DNA of 37,859 nt from IMG/VR virus record IMGVR_UViG_2541047757_000015. The stretch is one strand, 5' to 3'. Each line of letters starts with the position of its first letter. Position 1 is the first letter of the stretch. A program made the translations under genes and the position numbers. Under the pieces are notes generated by a model. The model searched no databases. It was not told where the DNA came from and worked only from the letters and a program-made list of their open reading frames with translations. Of this stretch, positions 18,198 to 28,370 are shown piece by piece. The stretch is from a virus. Lineage: Duplodnaviria > Heunggongvirae > Uroviricota > Caudoviricetes.

Positions 18198-19103
18198 CTA
18201 TATTTCCAGACACCTGTTATCACTTAACCCATTACTGGCCTGCTGCCGCAGATATTCCCGTGGCGAGCGATAACCCAGTGCACTATGCGGATGCCATTCG
18301 TTATAATGCTCGAACGCCTCTGCAAGGTTCTTTGCTGCCGTTAACCCGTCTGGTTTAGGCATGATACTGATGTAGTCACGCTTTATCGTTTTCACGAAGC
18401 TCTCTGCTATGCCGTTACTCTCCGGACTCCGCACCGCCGTGTTCTTCGGTTCAAGCCCCAACATCCGGGCAAACTGCCGTGTTTCATTAGCCCGGTAGCA
18501 TGAACCATTATCCGTCAGCCACTCTACTGGAGACGCCGGAAGCTCGTTGCCGAAGCGGCGTTCCACCGCTCCCAGCATGACGTCCTGTACTGTTTCACTG
18601 TCGAAGCCGCCCGTAGTGACTGCCCAGTGCAGTGCCTCACGGTCACAGCAGTCCAGCGCGAACGTGACTCGCAGTTTTTCTCCGTTATCACAGCGGAACT
18701 CGAACCCGTCAGAGCACCATCGTTGATTGCTTTCTTTCACGGCCACTTTGCCAGTATGTGCCCGTTTCGATGGCGGTACAGCGGTTTTTCGCTCAAGCAA
18801 CAGCGCATTCTGGCGCATGATCCGGTAAACACGTTTGGCATTGATCGCAGGCATACCATCAAGTTCGGCCTGTCTGCGAAGCAGCGCCCATACCCGACGA
18901 TAACCATACGTGGGCAGCTCTCCGATAACATGGTGTATACGGAGAAGCACATCCGTATCATCTGAGTGACGGCTGCGGCGACCATCTTTCCAGTCATCGG
19001 TTCGTCTGAGAATTACGTGCAACTGCGCACGCGACACCCGGAGACAACGGCTGACTAAGCTTACTCCCCATCCCCGGGCAATAAGGGCGCGTGCGCTATC
19101 CAC
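18198..19103 (-). CDS. insD: IS2 transposase OrfB (InsD), DDE integrase-core domain
   Basis: 301-aa ORF recognised as IS2 InsD. Confidence 0.9.
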
Positions 19104-19426
19104 TTTTTTGCACGCCCGTATTCAACGGCTTCTTTAAGGAGTTCATTTTCCATCGTTTTTTTGCCGAGCAGGCGCTGGAGTTCTTTAATCTGCTTCATGG
19201 CAGCAGCAAGTTCAGAGGCAGGAACGACCTGCTCTCCTGCGGCCACAGCAGTAAGACTTCCCTCCTGGTATTGCTTGCGCCAGAGAAATAACTGGCTGGC
19301 TGCCACACCGTGTTGCCGGGCAACAAGGGAGACCGTCATTCCCGGTTCAAAACTCTGCTGAACAATAGCGATCTTTTCCTGTGTAGTACGCCGTCTGCGT
19401 TTCTCCGGTCCTAAGACATCAATCAT
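19061..19426 (-). CDS. insC: IS2 transposase OrfA (InsC), HTH
   Basis: Internal start [26 protein letters not shown] ... gives 121 aa; overlaps insD as expected for a -1 frameshift fusion. Confidence 0.85.
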
Positions 19427-19804
19427 CTGCTCTCCAATGACTAGTCTAAAAACTAGTATTAAGACTATCACTTATTTAAGTGATATTGGTTGTCTGGAGA
19501 TTCAGGGGGCCAGTCTAGGTGCAGTTTGGGCAGGAACATTTAACGAGATAATTACGGCGTGATTTTGAGTCTTTACGTTCTGACATAGGCTTTTCCTGTA
19601 TAAATGGCCGTATACAGTACACTAAATATGAAAACATATCTCGTATTATTATTTAATATATGATTTTCTTTTAAAATAATTACCCACATTTTTAATGTGT
19701 CTGTTTTTTAGCGCCGTTGAGAACAACGTTTGCTATAAAAACTAACCCATAGACTCCGATCTTTTCAAACATATTGCACCATCTGTGTACATCGGGGTGA
19801 GGAT

Positions 19805-20020
19805 ATGAAATCAATGGATAAGTTAACAACAGGTATCGCCTATGGCACATCGGCTGGTAATGCTGGTTTCTGGGCATTGCAGTTACTCGATAAAGTAACT
19901 CCGTCACAGTGGGCTGCAATCGGTGTGCTGGGTAGTCTGGTTTTTGGCCTGCTGACGTATCTGACAAACCTTTATTTCAAGATTAAAGAAGACAGGCGTA
20001 AGGTTGCGAGAAGAGAGTAA
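19805..20020 (+). CDS. Phage holin (EssQ-like)
   Basis: 71 aa with hydrophobic segments and a charged C-terminus ([11 protein letters not shown]); first gene of the lysis cassette. Confidence 0.7.
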   Translation: MKSMDKLTTGIAYGTSAGNAGFWALQLLDKVTPSQWAAIGVLGSLVFGLLTYLTNLYFKIKEDRRKVARRE

Positions 20021-20024
20021 TCCA

Positions 20025-20576
20025 ATGACACAAGACTATGAACTGGTTGTGAAAGGAGTCCGCAATTTTGAGAATAAAGTGGCGGTAACTGTAGCCTTAC
20101 GGGACAAAAAACGCTTTGACGGTGAAATTTTTGACCTGGACATCTCGCTGGACCGTGTTGAAGGTGCCGCGCTGGAGTTTTATGAGGCAGCAGCCAGAAT
20201 GAGAATCAGACAGGTATTCCTGGATGTTGCTGCCGGGTTATGTGTAGGGGATGAGCAGTCGCCGGAAAAGCGCCCCATAATTTTAGAGGCGCAGAATGTG
20301 TGGATAACCTACAAAGGAAAGCTACCGGGAAGAATTACTGGTTCTCTGAAGACGCCACCGACGGCATTGCGGTCAGAAAAAGATGATATTGAATCGCCCA
20401 TTGAAAAACTGGAGGGCAGCGTCGCTGATCTGAATAAAAAATTGTCGGTGCTGATCCCTTCTGAAGATGAAAAAAAACGCCGCGATGAGCAGTTTGCGGC
20501 GTTTTACGATTATTGCATTGAAGTTACTCGCAGGAATTTTGTGAAGATTTTTGAGGAGGGTAAATCTCTTCAGTAA
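20025..20576 (+). CDS. Hypothetical protein between holin and lysozyme
   Basis: ATG 5 nt after the holin stop; ~183 aa, hydrophilic; no family recognised. Confidence 0.45.
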   Translation: MTQDYELVVKGVRNFENKVAVTVALRDKKRFDGEIFDLDISLDRVEGAALEFYEAAARMRIRQVFLDVAAGLCVGDEQSPEKRPIILEAQNVWITYKGKLPGRITGSLKTPPTALRSEKDDIESPIEKLEGSVADLNKKLSVLIPSEDEKKRRDEQFAAFYDYCIEVTRRNFVKIFEEGKSLQ

Positions 20577-20784
20577 GCTTAATGGCGGACGCTGCAATTA
20601 ATTCAGGAAGGTCCGCAAGGTCATCTGTCAGTGGATATGATGAAAAATCGGCGGCAGTTCTGTTAAGAAGCGCTTTAACTAATTCCTTTTCCTTCTCCGG
20701 CAACAAGTTGATTAGAGCTACGACTGCTTGCCTGAGTGCGATTAAATCAGCAAAAGTTTGTTTTGGTAGATTTGTGTAATCCAT
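20524..20784 (-). CDS. Hypothetical small protein, convergent with and overlapping the 3' end of the preceding gene
   Basis: ATG with GAGGTG ribosome-binding site; 86 aa; embedded in the lysis cassette on the opposite strand. Confidence 0.4.
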   Translation of the reverse strand: MDYTNLPKQTFADLIALRQAVVALINLLPEKEKELVKALLNRTAADFSSYPLTDDLADLPELIAASAIKLTEEIYPPQKSSQNSCE

Positions 20785-20897
20785 AGTCACCTCTGTGTTT
20801 ATCAGATTGACATCCTCCTCCCGCCAGTGCCCATCACTGGTGAGGTAAGATTTAACATATCCGGGGATTTGAAGCCGATAAATCCTGATAAATATCC

Positions 20898-21925
<1,028 letters not shown>

Positions 21926-22285
21926 ATTAATATTAAATCGGATTATTTTTAGCGCTGAATGTGAAATTTAAATAAAAAGGACTCTTCCATGAGTCAAAAT
22001 CCTTGAAATCTTAAGGGTAAGATAAAAGGTCATTAGACAGAATGACACGTTTTATTAATAAATAAAGCTATTGTTTCATTCGTGTGTTTTTCTTTACAAA
22101 AGTAATCCTTGCTATGGTTGGTTAATCATGCGTTAATGGTGTTCTGGTTTGTTACAAAATTATCTGAAGCAGTCATTGTTATAATTTTATTATTTGTACC
22201 TCTTGAGATTTCCTTGTTGGTTTTTCTCTCTGATATTTTTTTTCGGACCATTCTGCCCAAGGGCTAACTTCTTCAAAAGGTAATA

Positions 22286-22501
22286 ATGATGTTTAACAAA
22301 ATGACTGGTTTAGTGAAATGGTTTAACCCTGAAAAAGGTTTTGGTTTCATCACGCCGAAAGATGGTAGCAAAGATGTGTTTGTGCATTTCTCAGCTATTC
22401 AGAGCAACGATTTCAAAACGTTAACTGAGAATCAGGAAGTCGAATTTGGTATTGAGAACGGACCTAAAGGCCCTGCAGCTGTTCATGTAGTGGCACTTTG
22501 A
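22286..22501 (+). CDS. cspI: Cold-shock protein CspI-like
   Basis: [38 protein letters not shown] ... cold-shock domain. Confidence 0.85.
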   Translation: MMFNKMTGLVKWFNPEKGFGFITPKDGSKDVFVHFSAIQSNDFKTLTENQEVEFGIENGPKGPAAVHVVAL

Positions 22502-22705
22502 GGTAGAAAATATTACAAACCATATTCACTTTAGATGCCCGTGTTGCCATGGTTCTCAGTATAGAACATCATCTTTTGATGTTTCTGACAGAAATCCTTT
22601 CGGGGCAAAATGTATCTTTTGTAAATCAATGATGATTACATTTGATAATATTTCACAATACTTAAATGTTAGCCATCTGTCGTTAGATTTAAGAAAGTGA
22701 AAATG

Positions 22706-22728
22706 AAGGCTCCTTCGGGAGCTTTTTT
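22706..22728 (+). terminator. Candidate rho-independent terminator
   Basis: GCTCC-TTCG-GGAGC followed by TTTTTTG. Confidence 0.4.
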
Positions 22729-22772
22729 GCTTAGTGTCTAGTCGATGGATACTCACATATTACGGTAACATT

Positions 22773-23003
22773 ATGAAAAAAATAATAGTTTTTTTTAACT
22801 CTGAACCAGCAATGGTAGTGCCAGTGATGACCGGAGTTAACACCATCATGCGTGAATATCCAAATGGCGAAACAACACACCTCACTGTAATGGCTGCAGG
22901 GTTTCCATCTCTGACCGGAGATCATAAAGTCATTTATGTAGCAGCGGATCGACATGTAACTTCAGAAGAAATTCTGGAAGCAGCAATGAGACTCTTGAAT
23001 TGA
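22773..23003 (+). CDS. Hypothetical small protein
   Basis: Internal ATG (MKKIIVFFNSEP...); ~76 aa. Confidence 0.4.
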   Translation: MKKIIVFFNSEPAMVVPVMTGVNTIMREYPNGETTHLTVMAAGFPSLTGDHKVIYVAADRHVTSEEILEAAMRLLN

Positions 23004-23172
23004 TTTGATTCTAATGCATTGATAATAAATGATAATCATCTTTATCTGTTTGTGTGAAATTTAGACCGTCGTATGTTGATTATTGCGATGTTTCATCTTA
23101 TCTTTTATACGTTTGCTCCATATAATTGACACTACTGTGTACCAGGACAGTCATAACAGACTAAAAGAGGAA

Positions 23173-23349
23173 ATGATGAACATTGAAGAGTTAAAAACAA
23201 AAACAGAAGCAGATATTTCTGAATATATAACAAAAAAAATCATTGAGCTTAAGAAAAAGACCGGGAAAGAAGTTACCAGTATCCAGTTTACTGCACGGGA
23301 AAAAATGACTGGTCTTGAAAGCTATGATATCAAGATTGATTTAATCTAG
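23173..23349 (+). CDS. GnsA/GnsB-family small protein
   Basis: Internal ATG with AAGAGG ribosome-binding site; MNIEELKTKTEADISEYI ... FTAREKMTGLESYDIKIDLI resembles GnsB as I recall it; ~58 aa. Confidence 0.6.
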   Translation: MMNIEELKTKTEADISEYITKKIIELKKKTGKEVTSIQFTAREKMTGLESYDIKIDLI

Positions 23350-23644
23350 CATGTTTATAGTATTAGCATCAATTTCTCATCAGATGCTATTCAACAATAC
23401 AAATTACCCATAAACCTCGTTTTTACGGGGTTTTGTTATATTTAAACATTACCGAATAGATATAAATCTCGATTGTCAATGGTATTGGTTGTGTGACAAT
23501 ACCTAGTCTTTCCGGTATGCCTGAAGAGAATACAAACGACAGATTATGTAAGGGAAACGCGCTGAAACTTTCACTCTTTCATGCTGAGTGATTTGACGTT
23601 ATATTTTTAGCCGCAAGTGAAGAGCAAACGAATGGAGCGACAAA

Positions 23645-23851
23645 ATGCATAAAGATCAATACACTGATGCCCCCTCCCAGGAGCAGGTTCGTGTAAAAAC
23701 TATGCTTAATAGCACCATTTCGATGGGTTACCCGGATGTTGTAATTGCATGTATAGAACATCAAGTATCTCTGGAAGCATTCAGGGCAATTGAGGCCGCG
23801 TTAGTAAAGCACGATAAGAATACGAAGGATTATTCCCTGGTGGTTGACTGA
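23645..23851 (+). CDS. Hypothetical small protein
   Basis: 68 aa, ATG with GGAG ribosome-binding site; no family recognised. Confidence 0.45.
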   Translation: MHKDQYTDAPSQEQVRVKTMLNSTISMGYPDVVIACIEHQVSLEAFRAIEAALVKHDKNTKDYSLVVD

Positions 23852-24224
23852 TCACCATAACTGCTAACCATTCTGACCATTTCACAAGTGACAGAGTCAA
23901 TATCGTATTCTGTCACTGTAAGGCTAATACAGTACTGCAATTCAACTACAGCAATGCCTCGTATTTAGGTGAATTTACAATATCGTCCAGTTCGGATGCC
24001 GGCTGCATTTCTGAAGATAAGGCATTTCGGTTCGCGTATTTTCCCCTCATGCTCGTCAGTCCTGCGCGTAGTAAGAAACAGGACACTCACACTAATTTGT
24101 GTGGGCATGCTGTGATGTCCTTCTGAATTATCCCCATGCCATTATGTAACGCTCTGTTTCAGATGCTCGTCACGGTTGTCAGGCTGTCGGGTCCTCCCAG
24201 TGGGGGTCCCTGCCACGGGGCGGG

Positions 24225-24245
24225 AGCGTCGCGGAAAAAGGCTAG
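24225..24245. other. Candidate cohesive-end site (cosN-like) upstream of the terminase genes
   Basis: ACGGGGCGGGAGCGTCGCGG resembles the lambda cosN region as I recall it; located ~160 bp upstream of the small terminase. Confidence 0.4.
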
Positions 24246-24403
24246 TTTTTGCATTTTTATCGGCCACCATCATCTTTGCATCTTATTGATTATTAATGGT
24301 TGTTTGTTTTTTGTATGTCGAATTGAGTGTTTTTTGTTCGACATCGAACGCGTTTTCTTAAAGTTGTTCGCACGATGCATGTTTAAAGCTCTCCGGAGGA
24401 AAT

Positions 24404-24895
24404 ATGGATCATGAGTTGAAAAACCTGGTGCTGAATATTAATCAACTGGCGGCTTTATCTGGTCTGCACCGCCAGACTGTCGTGGCAAGACTGAAAAACA
24501 TTCGTCCCGCTGGTGGACATGACAAACTCAAGCTATACCGGTTGACCGATATTCTGACTGAATTTATGGGGTTACCACCGCCGGTTGCTGAGGGCGAAAT
24601 GGATCCACATGAACGCAAAGCCTGGTATCAGTCTGAACGTGAGCGTCTTAAGTTCGAACAGGAAACGGCACAACTCATTCCGGCCAGTGATGTCAGACGG
24701 GAGTTTGCCATCTGGGCAAAAGCGGTCGTGCAGGTGCTGGAGACATTACCGGATATTCTGGAACGTGACTGCGGCCTGCAGCCTGCCGCTGTGAGCCGTG
24801 TTCAGTCCATTATTGATGATCTGCGCGATCAGATAGCCCTGCGGGTGACCGAAGCAGGTGCGGATGATGAGGAGGAATTACAGCAGGAGGAGTAA
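24404..24895 (+). CDS. Terminase small subunit (Nu1-like)
   Basis: 163 aa, ATG with GGAGG ribosome-binding site; N-terminal HTH NINQLAALSGLHRQTVVARL; acidic C-terminus; immediately precedes the large terminase. Confidence 0.7.
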   Translation: MDHELKNLVLNINQLAALSGLHRQTVVARLKNIRPAGGHDKLKLYRLTDILTEFMGLPPPVAEGEMDPHERKAWYQSERERLKFEQETAQLIPASDVRREFAIWAKAVVQVLETLPDILERDCGLQPAAVSRVQSIIDDLRDQIALRVTEAGADDEEELQQEE

Positions 24896-26997
24896 TGCTG
24901 AATCAGGAAACCGCAAAGGCAGCACGAACCGATTCAGGTTATATCCTTCGCGCACCGAGACGAATGCGGGTTGCTGATGCCGTTGCTCAGTATATGCGGG
25001 TGCCCATGGGGGCCGGGAACTCAGTCCCGTGGGATCCGCTGGTGGCACCGTATGTTATTGAGCCGATGAACTGCCTGGCCTCGCGTGAATACGACGCAGT
25101 GATATTTGTTGGCCCGGCACGAACTGGCAAGACTATCGGCCTGATTGACGGCTGGGTGATTTACAACGTGATTTGCGATCCTGCTGATATGCTGATCATT
25201 CAGATGACGGAGGAAAAAGCCCGCGAACACTCCAAAAAACGACTTGCCAGAACGTTTCGCGTCAGCCCGGAAGTGGTCAGTCGCCTGAGTCCGAACAAAA
25301 ATGACAACAACGTTTATGACAGAACATTCCTTGCTGGCAACTACCTGAAAATCGGCTGGCCGTCAGTCAATATCATGTCCTCATCAGATTATAAATGCGT
25401 GGCGCTGACGGATTATGACCGTTTTCCGGAAGATATTGATGGCGAGGGGGATGCCTTCTCTCTTGCCTCAAAACGTACCACCACATTTATGTCCAGTGGT
25501 ATGACGCTGGTGGAGAGTTCCCCCGGCAGGGATGTGAAGGATGTGAAATGGCGACGGACTTCACCGCATGAGGCTCCACCAACCACGGGGATACTGTCGC
25601 TCTATAACCGTGGCGATCGCCGTCGCTGGTACTGGCCCTGTCCACACTGTGGTGAGTATTTTCAGCCCTGCGGCGATGTGGTTGCTGGTTTCCGTGATAT
25701 TGCCGATCCCGTGCTGGCAAGTGAGGCGGCTTATATTCAGTGTCCTTCCTGTTCAGGACGGATTATGCCTGAACAAAAACGTGAGCTGAACGGACGTGGG
25801 GTCTGGTTGCGGGATGGTGAATCCATCAATGCGGATGGCAGTCGTTATGGTGATCCCCGACGCTCACGTATTGCGTCATTCTGGATGGAGGGTCCGGCAG
25901 CTGCTTACCAGACACTCTCGCAACTCGTTTACAAACTGCTTGCTGCAGAACAGGAATACGAGACAACCGGAAGTGAAGAAACACTCAAGACGGTTATCAA
26001 TACCGACTGGGGATTACCTTATCTTCCCCGTGCCAGCATGGAGCAACGAAAAAGTGAACTGCTTGAGCAGCGGGCAGAGCCAGTTCCTTCCCGCAGTGTG
26101 CCGGATGGCGTTAATTTCCTGGTGGCGACAGTTGATGTGCAGGCGGGACGTCATCGCCGTTTTGTGGTTCAGGTAACGGGCTATGGCAGCCGTGGCGAAC
26201 GCTGGATTATTGATCGTTACAACATCACGCAGTCATTGCGCGGTGACAGCGACGGGGAGAGCCAGCGAATTGATCCGGCCAGCTATCCGGAAGACTGGGA
26301 TGTCCTGCTGACGGATGTTTTTCATAAAAGCTGGCCGCTGGCCTCCGATCCTTCTCAACAAATGCGACTGATGGCAATGGCGGTGGACTCCGGCGGTGAA
26401 GACGGAGTCACTGATAATGCCTATAAATTCTGGCGTCGTTGCCGTCGTGATGGCCTTGGTAAACGTATTTACCTGTTTAAGGGCGACAGCATCCGGCGCG
26501 CAAAACTGATCACCCGTACATTCCCTGATAACACCGGACGAACGGGCCGACGGGCGCAGGCCGCAGGTGATGTACCGCTCTGGCTTCTTCAGACGGATGC
26601 CCTGAAAGACCGGGTGAATAACGCGTTATGGCGTGACTCGCCAGGTCCCGGCTATGTGCATTTCCCTGACTGGCTGGGGAGCTGGTTTTACGACGAACTG
26701 ACGTATGAAGAGCGGAGCAGTGACGGGAAATGGAGTAAGCCGGGTCGCGGTGCCAACGAAGCTTTTGACCTGATGGTGTATGCCGAGGCTCTGGTCATTC
26801 TGCATGGATACGAAAAGATCCGCTGGCCGGATGCACCGGAGTGGGCGAGCCGGGAAACCTGGCTGGAGTGTGTCCCGGACAGTACCGAACCGTCACCCAC
26901 ACCGGAACCGGTATCCACGCCTGTTAAAAAACAAAAACGGAAGAAAACAGTAACTGACGATGTTAACCCCTGGCTGACTTCCGGAGGATGGTTATGA
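24895..26997 (+). CDS. Terminase large subunit (GpA-like)
   Basis: 700 aa; Walker A-like GPARTGKT; CPHCGE zinc motif typical of GpA-type terminases; start overlaps the small-subunit stop. Confidence 0.85.
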   Translation: MLNQETAKAARTDSGYILRAPRRMRVADAVAQYMRVPMGAGNSVPWDPLVAPYVIEPMNCLASREYDAVIFVGPARTGKTIGLIDGWVIYNVICDPADMLIIQMTEEKAREHSKKRLARTFRVSPEVVSRLSPNKNDNNVYDRTFLAGNYLKIGWPSVNIMSSSDYKCVALTDYDRFPEDIDGEGDAFSLASKRTTTFMSSGMTLVESSPGRDVKDVKWRRTSPHEAPPTTGILSLYNRGDRRRWYWPCPHCGEYFQPCGDVVAGFRDIADPVLASEAAYIQCPSCSGRIMPEQKRELNGRGVWLRDGESINADGSRYGDPRRSRIASFWMEGPAAAYQTLSQLVYKLLAAEQEYETTGSEETLKTVINTDWGLPYLPRASMEQRKSELLEQRAEPVPSRSVPDGVNFLVATVDVQAGRHRRFVVQVTGYGSRGERWIIDRYNITQSLRGDSDGESQRIDPASYPEDWDVLLTDVFHKSWPLASDPSQQMRLMAMAVDSGGEDGVTDNAYKFWRRCRRDGLGKRIYLFKGDSIRRAKLITRTFPDNTGRTGRRAQAAGDVPLWLLQTDALKDRVNNALWRDSPGPGYVHFPDWLGSWFYDELTYEERSSDGKWSKPGRGANEAFDLMVYAEALVILHGYEKIRWPDAPEWASRETWLECVPDSTEPSPTPEPVSTPVKKQKRKKTVTDDVNPWLTSGGWL

Positions 26998-27206
26998 ACC
27001 AGAATGATATCGAAGCCATGATTCAGCGTTATACGGAAGCTGAAATGGCGGTGCTGGACGGAAAATCCGTCACCTTTAATGGTCAGCAGATGACCATGGA
27101 AAACTTATCTGAGATCCGGCAGGGACGGCAGGAGTGGGAGCGCCGCCTTGCGGCTCTGATTACACGACGACGGGGGCATCCCGGGTACCGGCTTGCGAGG
27201 TTCTGA
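26994..27206 (+). CDS. W: Head-tail joining protein W-like (gpW family)
   Basis: ~70 aa; ATGA overlap with the terminase stop; C-terminal RRRGHPGY resembles lambda gpW (…RRRGPAGFY). Confidence 0.7.
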   Translation: MNQNDIEAMIQRYTEAEMAVLDGKSVTFNGQQMTMENLSEIRQGRQEWERRLAALITRRRGHPGYRLARF

Positions 27207-27397
27207 TGGCAATTCTTGATGATGTGATTGGCGTTTTTTCACCAGGATGGAAAGCGGCAAGGCTGCGTTCCCGTGCGGTGATCCAGGCTTATGAGGCCGT
27301 AAAAACGACGCGGACACACAAAGCCCGGCGGGAAAACCGAACTGCCGACCAGTTAAGCCAGTACGGGGCCGTGTCGTTACGTGAGCAGGCCCGTTAA
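27206..27397 (+). pseudogene. N-terminal remnant (~63 codons) of the portal protein gene, truncated by an internal deletion
   Basis: ATG overlaps the W stop (TGATG) exactly where lambda B begins; ORF stops after 63 codons and is followed by a tail-gene fragment. Confidence 0.5.
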
Positions 27398-27399
27398 AA

Positions 27400-27585
27400 C
27401 CTGACGGAGCCAGTGACAAAGCGATCAGTGTGCATTCGTCAGATCCACAGACTGCCACGGTTACCCTGAACGGACTTGTGGCCACGGTAAAAGGCGTGAA
27501 GCAGGGCAGTGTCAGCATTGTGGGCATGACCGCTGACGGGAATTTTGTGGCTGTGACTGCGGTGACTGTCAGCGCAGCAGGTTAA
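27400..27585 (+). pseudogene. C-terminal remnant of the major tail protein V (Ig-like domain)
   Basis: Translation ...SDPQTATVTLNGLVATVKGVKQGSVSIVGMTADGNFVAVTAVTVSAAG-stop, with no upstream start or N-terminal body; directly precedes G. Confidence 0.45.
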
Positions 27586-27605
27586 CAGGACGATACTCAT
27601 CATTT

Positions 27606-27630
27606 GCCCCGGTTATTCGGGGCTTTTTTG
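27606..27630 (+). terminator. Candidate rho-independent terminator just upstream of G
   Basis: GCCCCG-GTTATT-CGGGGC followed by TTTTTTG. Confidence 0.4.
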
Positions 27631-27642
27631 CAGGTGGAGAAC

Positions 27643-28032
27643 ATGATGTTTCTGAAACAGGACACGTTTAATTATGAAAAACAGTCCGTGGTGCTCAGTG
27701 AGCTGTCCGGGCTGCAGAGAATTGAATATCTGACGTTTGTTCAGCAGCGAACGGCAAAGTTTGATGCCGGGGAGGGAGAACTGCCGGAGGCTGAACGACA
27801 GATTGCTTTTCTGCGGATGGGGATGGATATCAATGCCTGGCTGGTTTCCCGCTCACTGTGGAATGCGGATCAGTCTAAGGATGTAGAGACGCTTTGCGCA
27901 TCCGTTATTACAACATGGTCGTATGATGCCCTGGGTGCGGGGGCGGAGATGGTTCTGTCGCTGAGCGGTATGGGGGCCATTGATAATGCCGTGGATGATG
28001 AGCATGAGGCGCTGACGCCGGAAAAGTCCTGA
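27643..28032 (+). CDS. G: Tail assembly chaperone G
   Basis: MMFLKQDTFNYEKQSVVLSELSGLQRIEYL ... closely resembles lambda gpG; GGTGGAG ribosome-binding site. Confidence 0.85.
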   Translation: MMFLKQDTFNYEKQSVVLSELSGLQRIEYLTFVQQRTAKFDAGEGELPEAERQIAFLRMGMDINAWLVSRSLWNADQSKDVETLCASVITTWSYDALGAGAEMVLSLSGMGAIDNAVDDEHEALTPEKS

Positions 28033-28040
28033 CGCGGGAA

Positions 28041-28370
28041 ATGCAGTTTGTCATGCGGCTTGCCCGGGAGTTCCGGCGGGCAGACTGGCGGCGGATGCTG
28101 TCGGAAATGTCGGCCACTGAGCTTGGTGAGTGGGGCGATTATTTCCGGATGCAGAGCTTCAGTGATGTGTGGATGGATGCGCAGTTTGCCTCGCTGAAGG
28201 CATTGATCGTGAGAATGGTGTCCGGCAGCAGTGATGCTGCGGTGGCTGATTTCAGCCTTTTACCGGAAGAGAACGGGATACCGGAGCGAACGGACGAAGA
28301 ACTGATGCATCTTGGGGAAGGTATTTCCGGAGGTGTGCGTTATGGACCAGATAGCCAACCTGGTCATTGA
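28041..28370 (+). CDS. T: T segment of the G-T tail assembly chaperone (expressed by -1 frameshift from G)
   Basis: -1 frame ORF with REFRRADWRRMLSEMS ... GGVRYG resembling lambda gpT; shift must occur near GAAAAG at the end of G. Confidence 0.7.
   Translation: MQFVMRLAREFRRADWRRMLSEMSATELGEWGDYFRMQSFSDVWMDAQFASLKALIVRMVSGSSDAAVADFSLLPEENGIPERTDEELMHLGEGISGGVRYGPDSQPGH

Larger units (their letters stand above)
18187..19517 (-). mobile_element. Complete IS2 insertion sequence (IS3 family), 1331 bp, with 5-bp target-site duplication GGTGC
   Basis: Terminal sequences TGGATTTGCCCCTATATTTCCAGACA ... and ... TCTGGAGATTCAGGGGGCCAGTCTA; flanking GGTGC at 18182..18186 and 19518..19522; encodes InsC and InsD. 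Confidence 0.9.

Noticed and set aside
27105-27527. 140-aa minus-strand ORF across the W/portal-remnant region
   Set aside because: Antisense to W and the portal remnant; Pro-rich translation.
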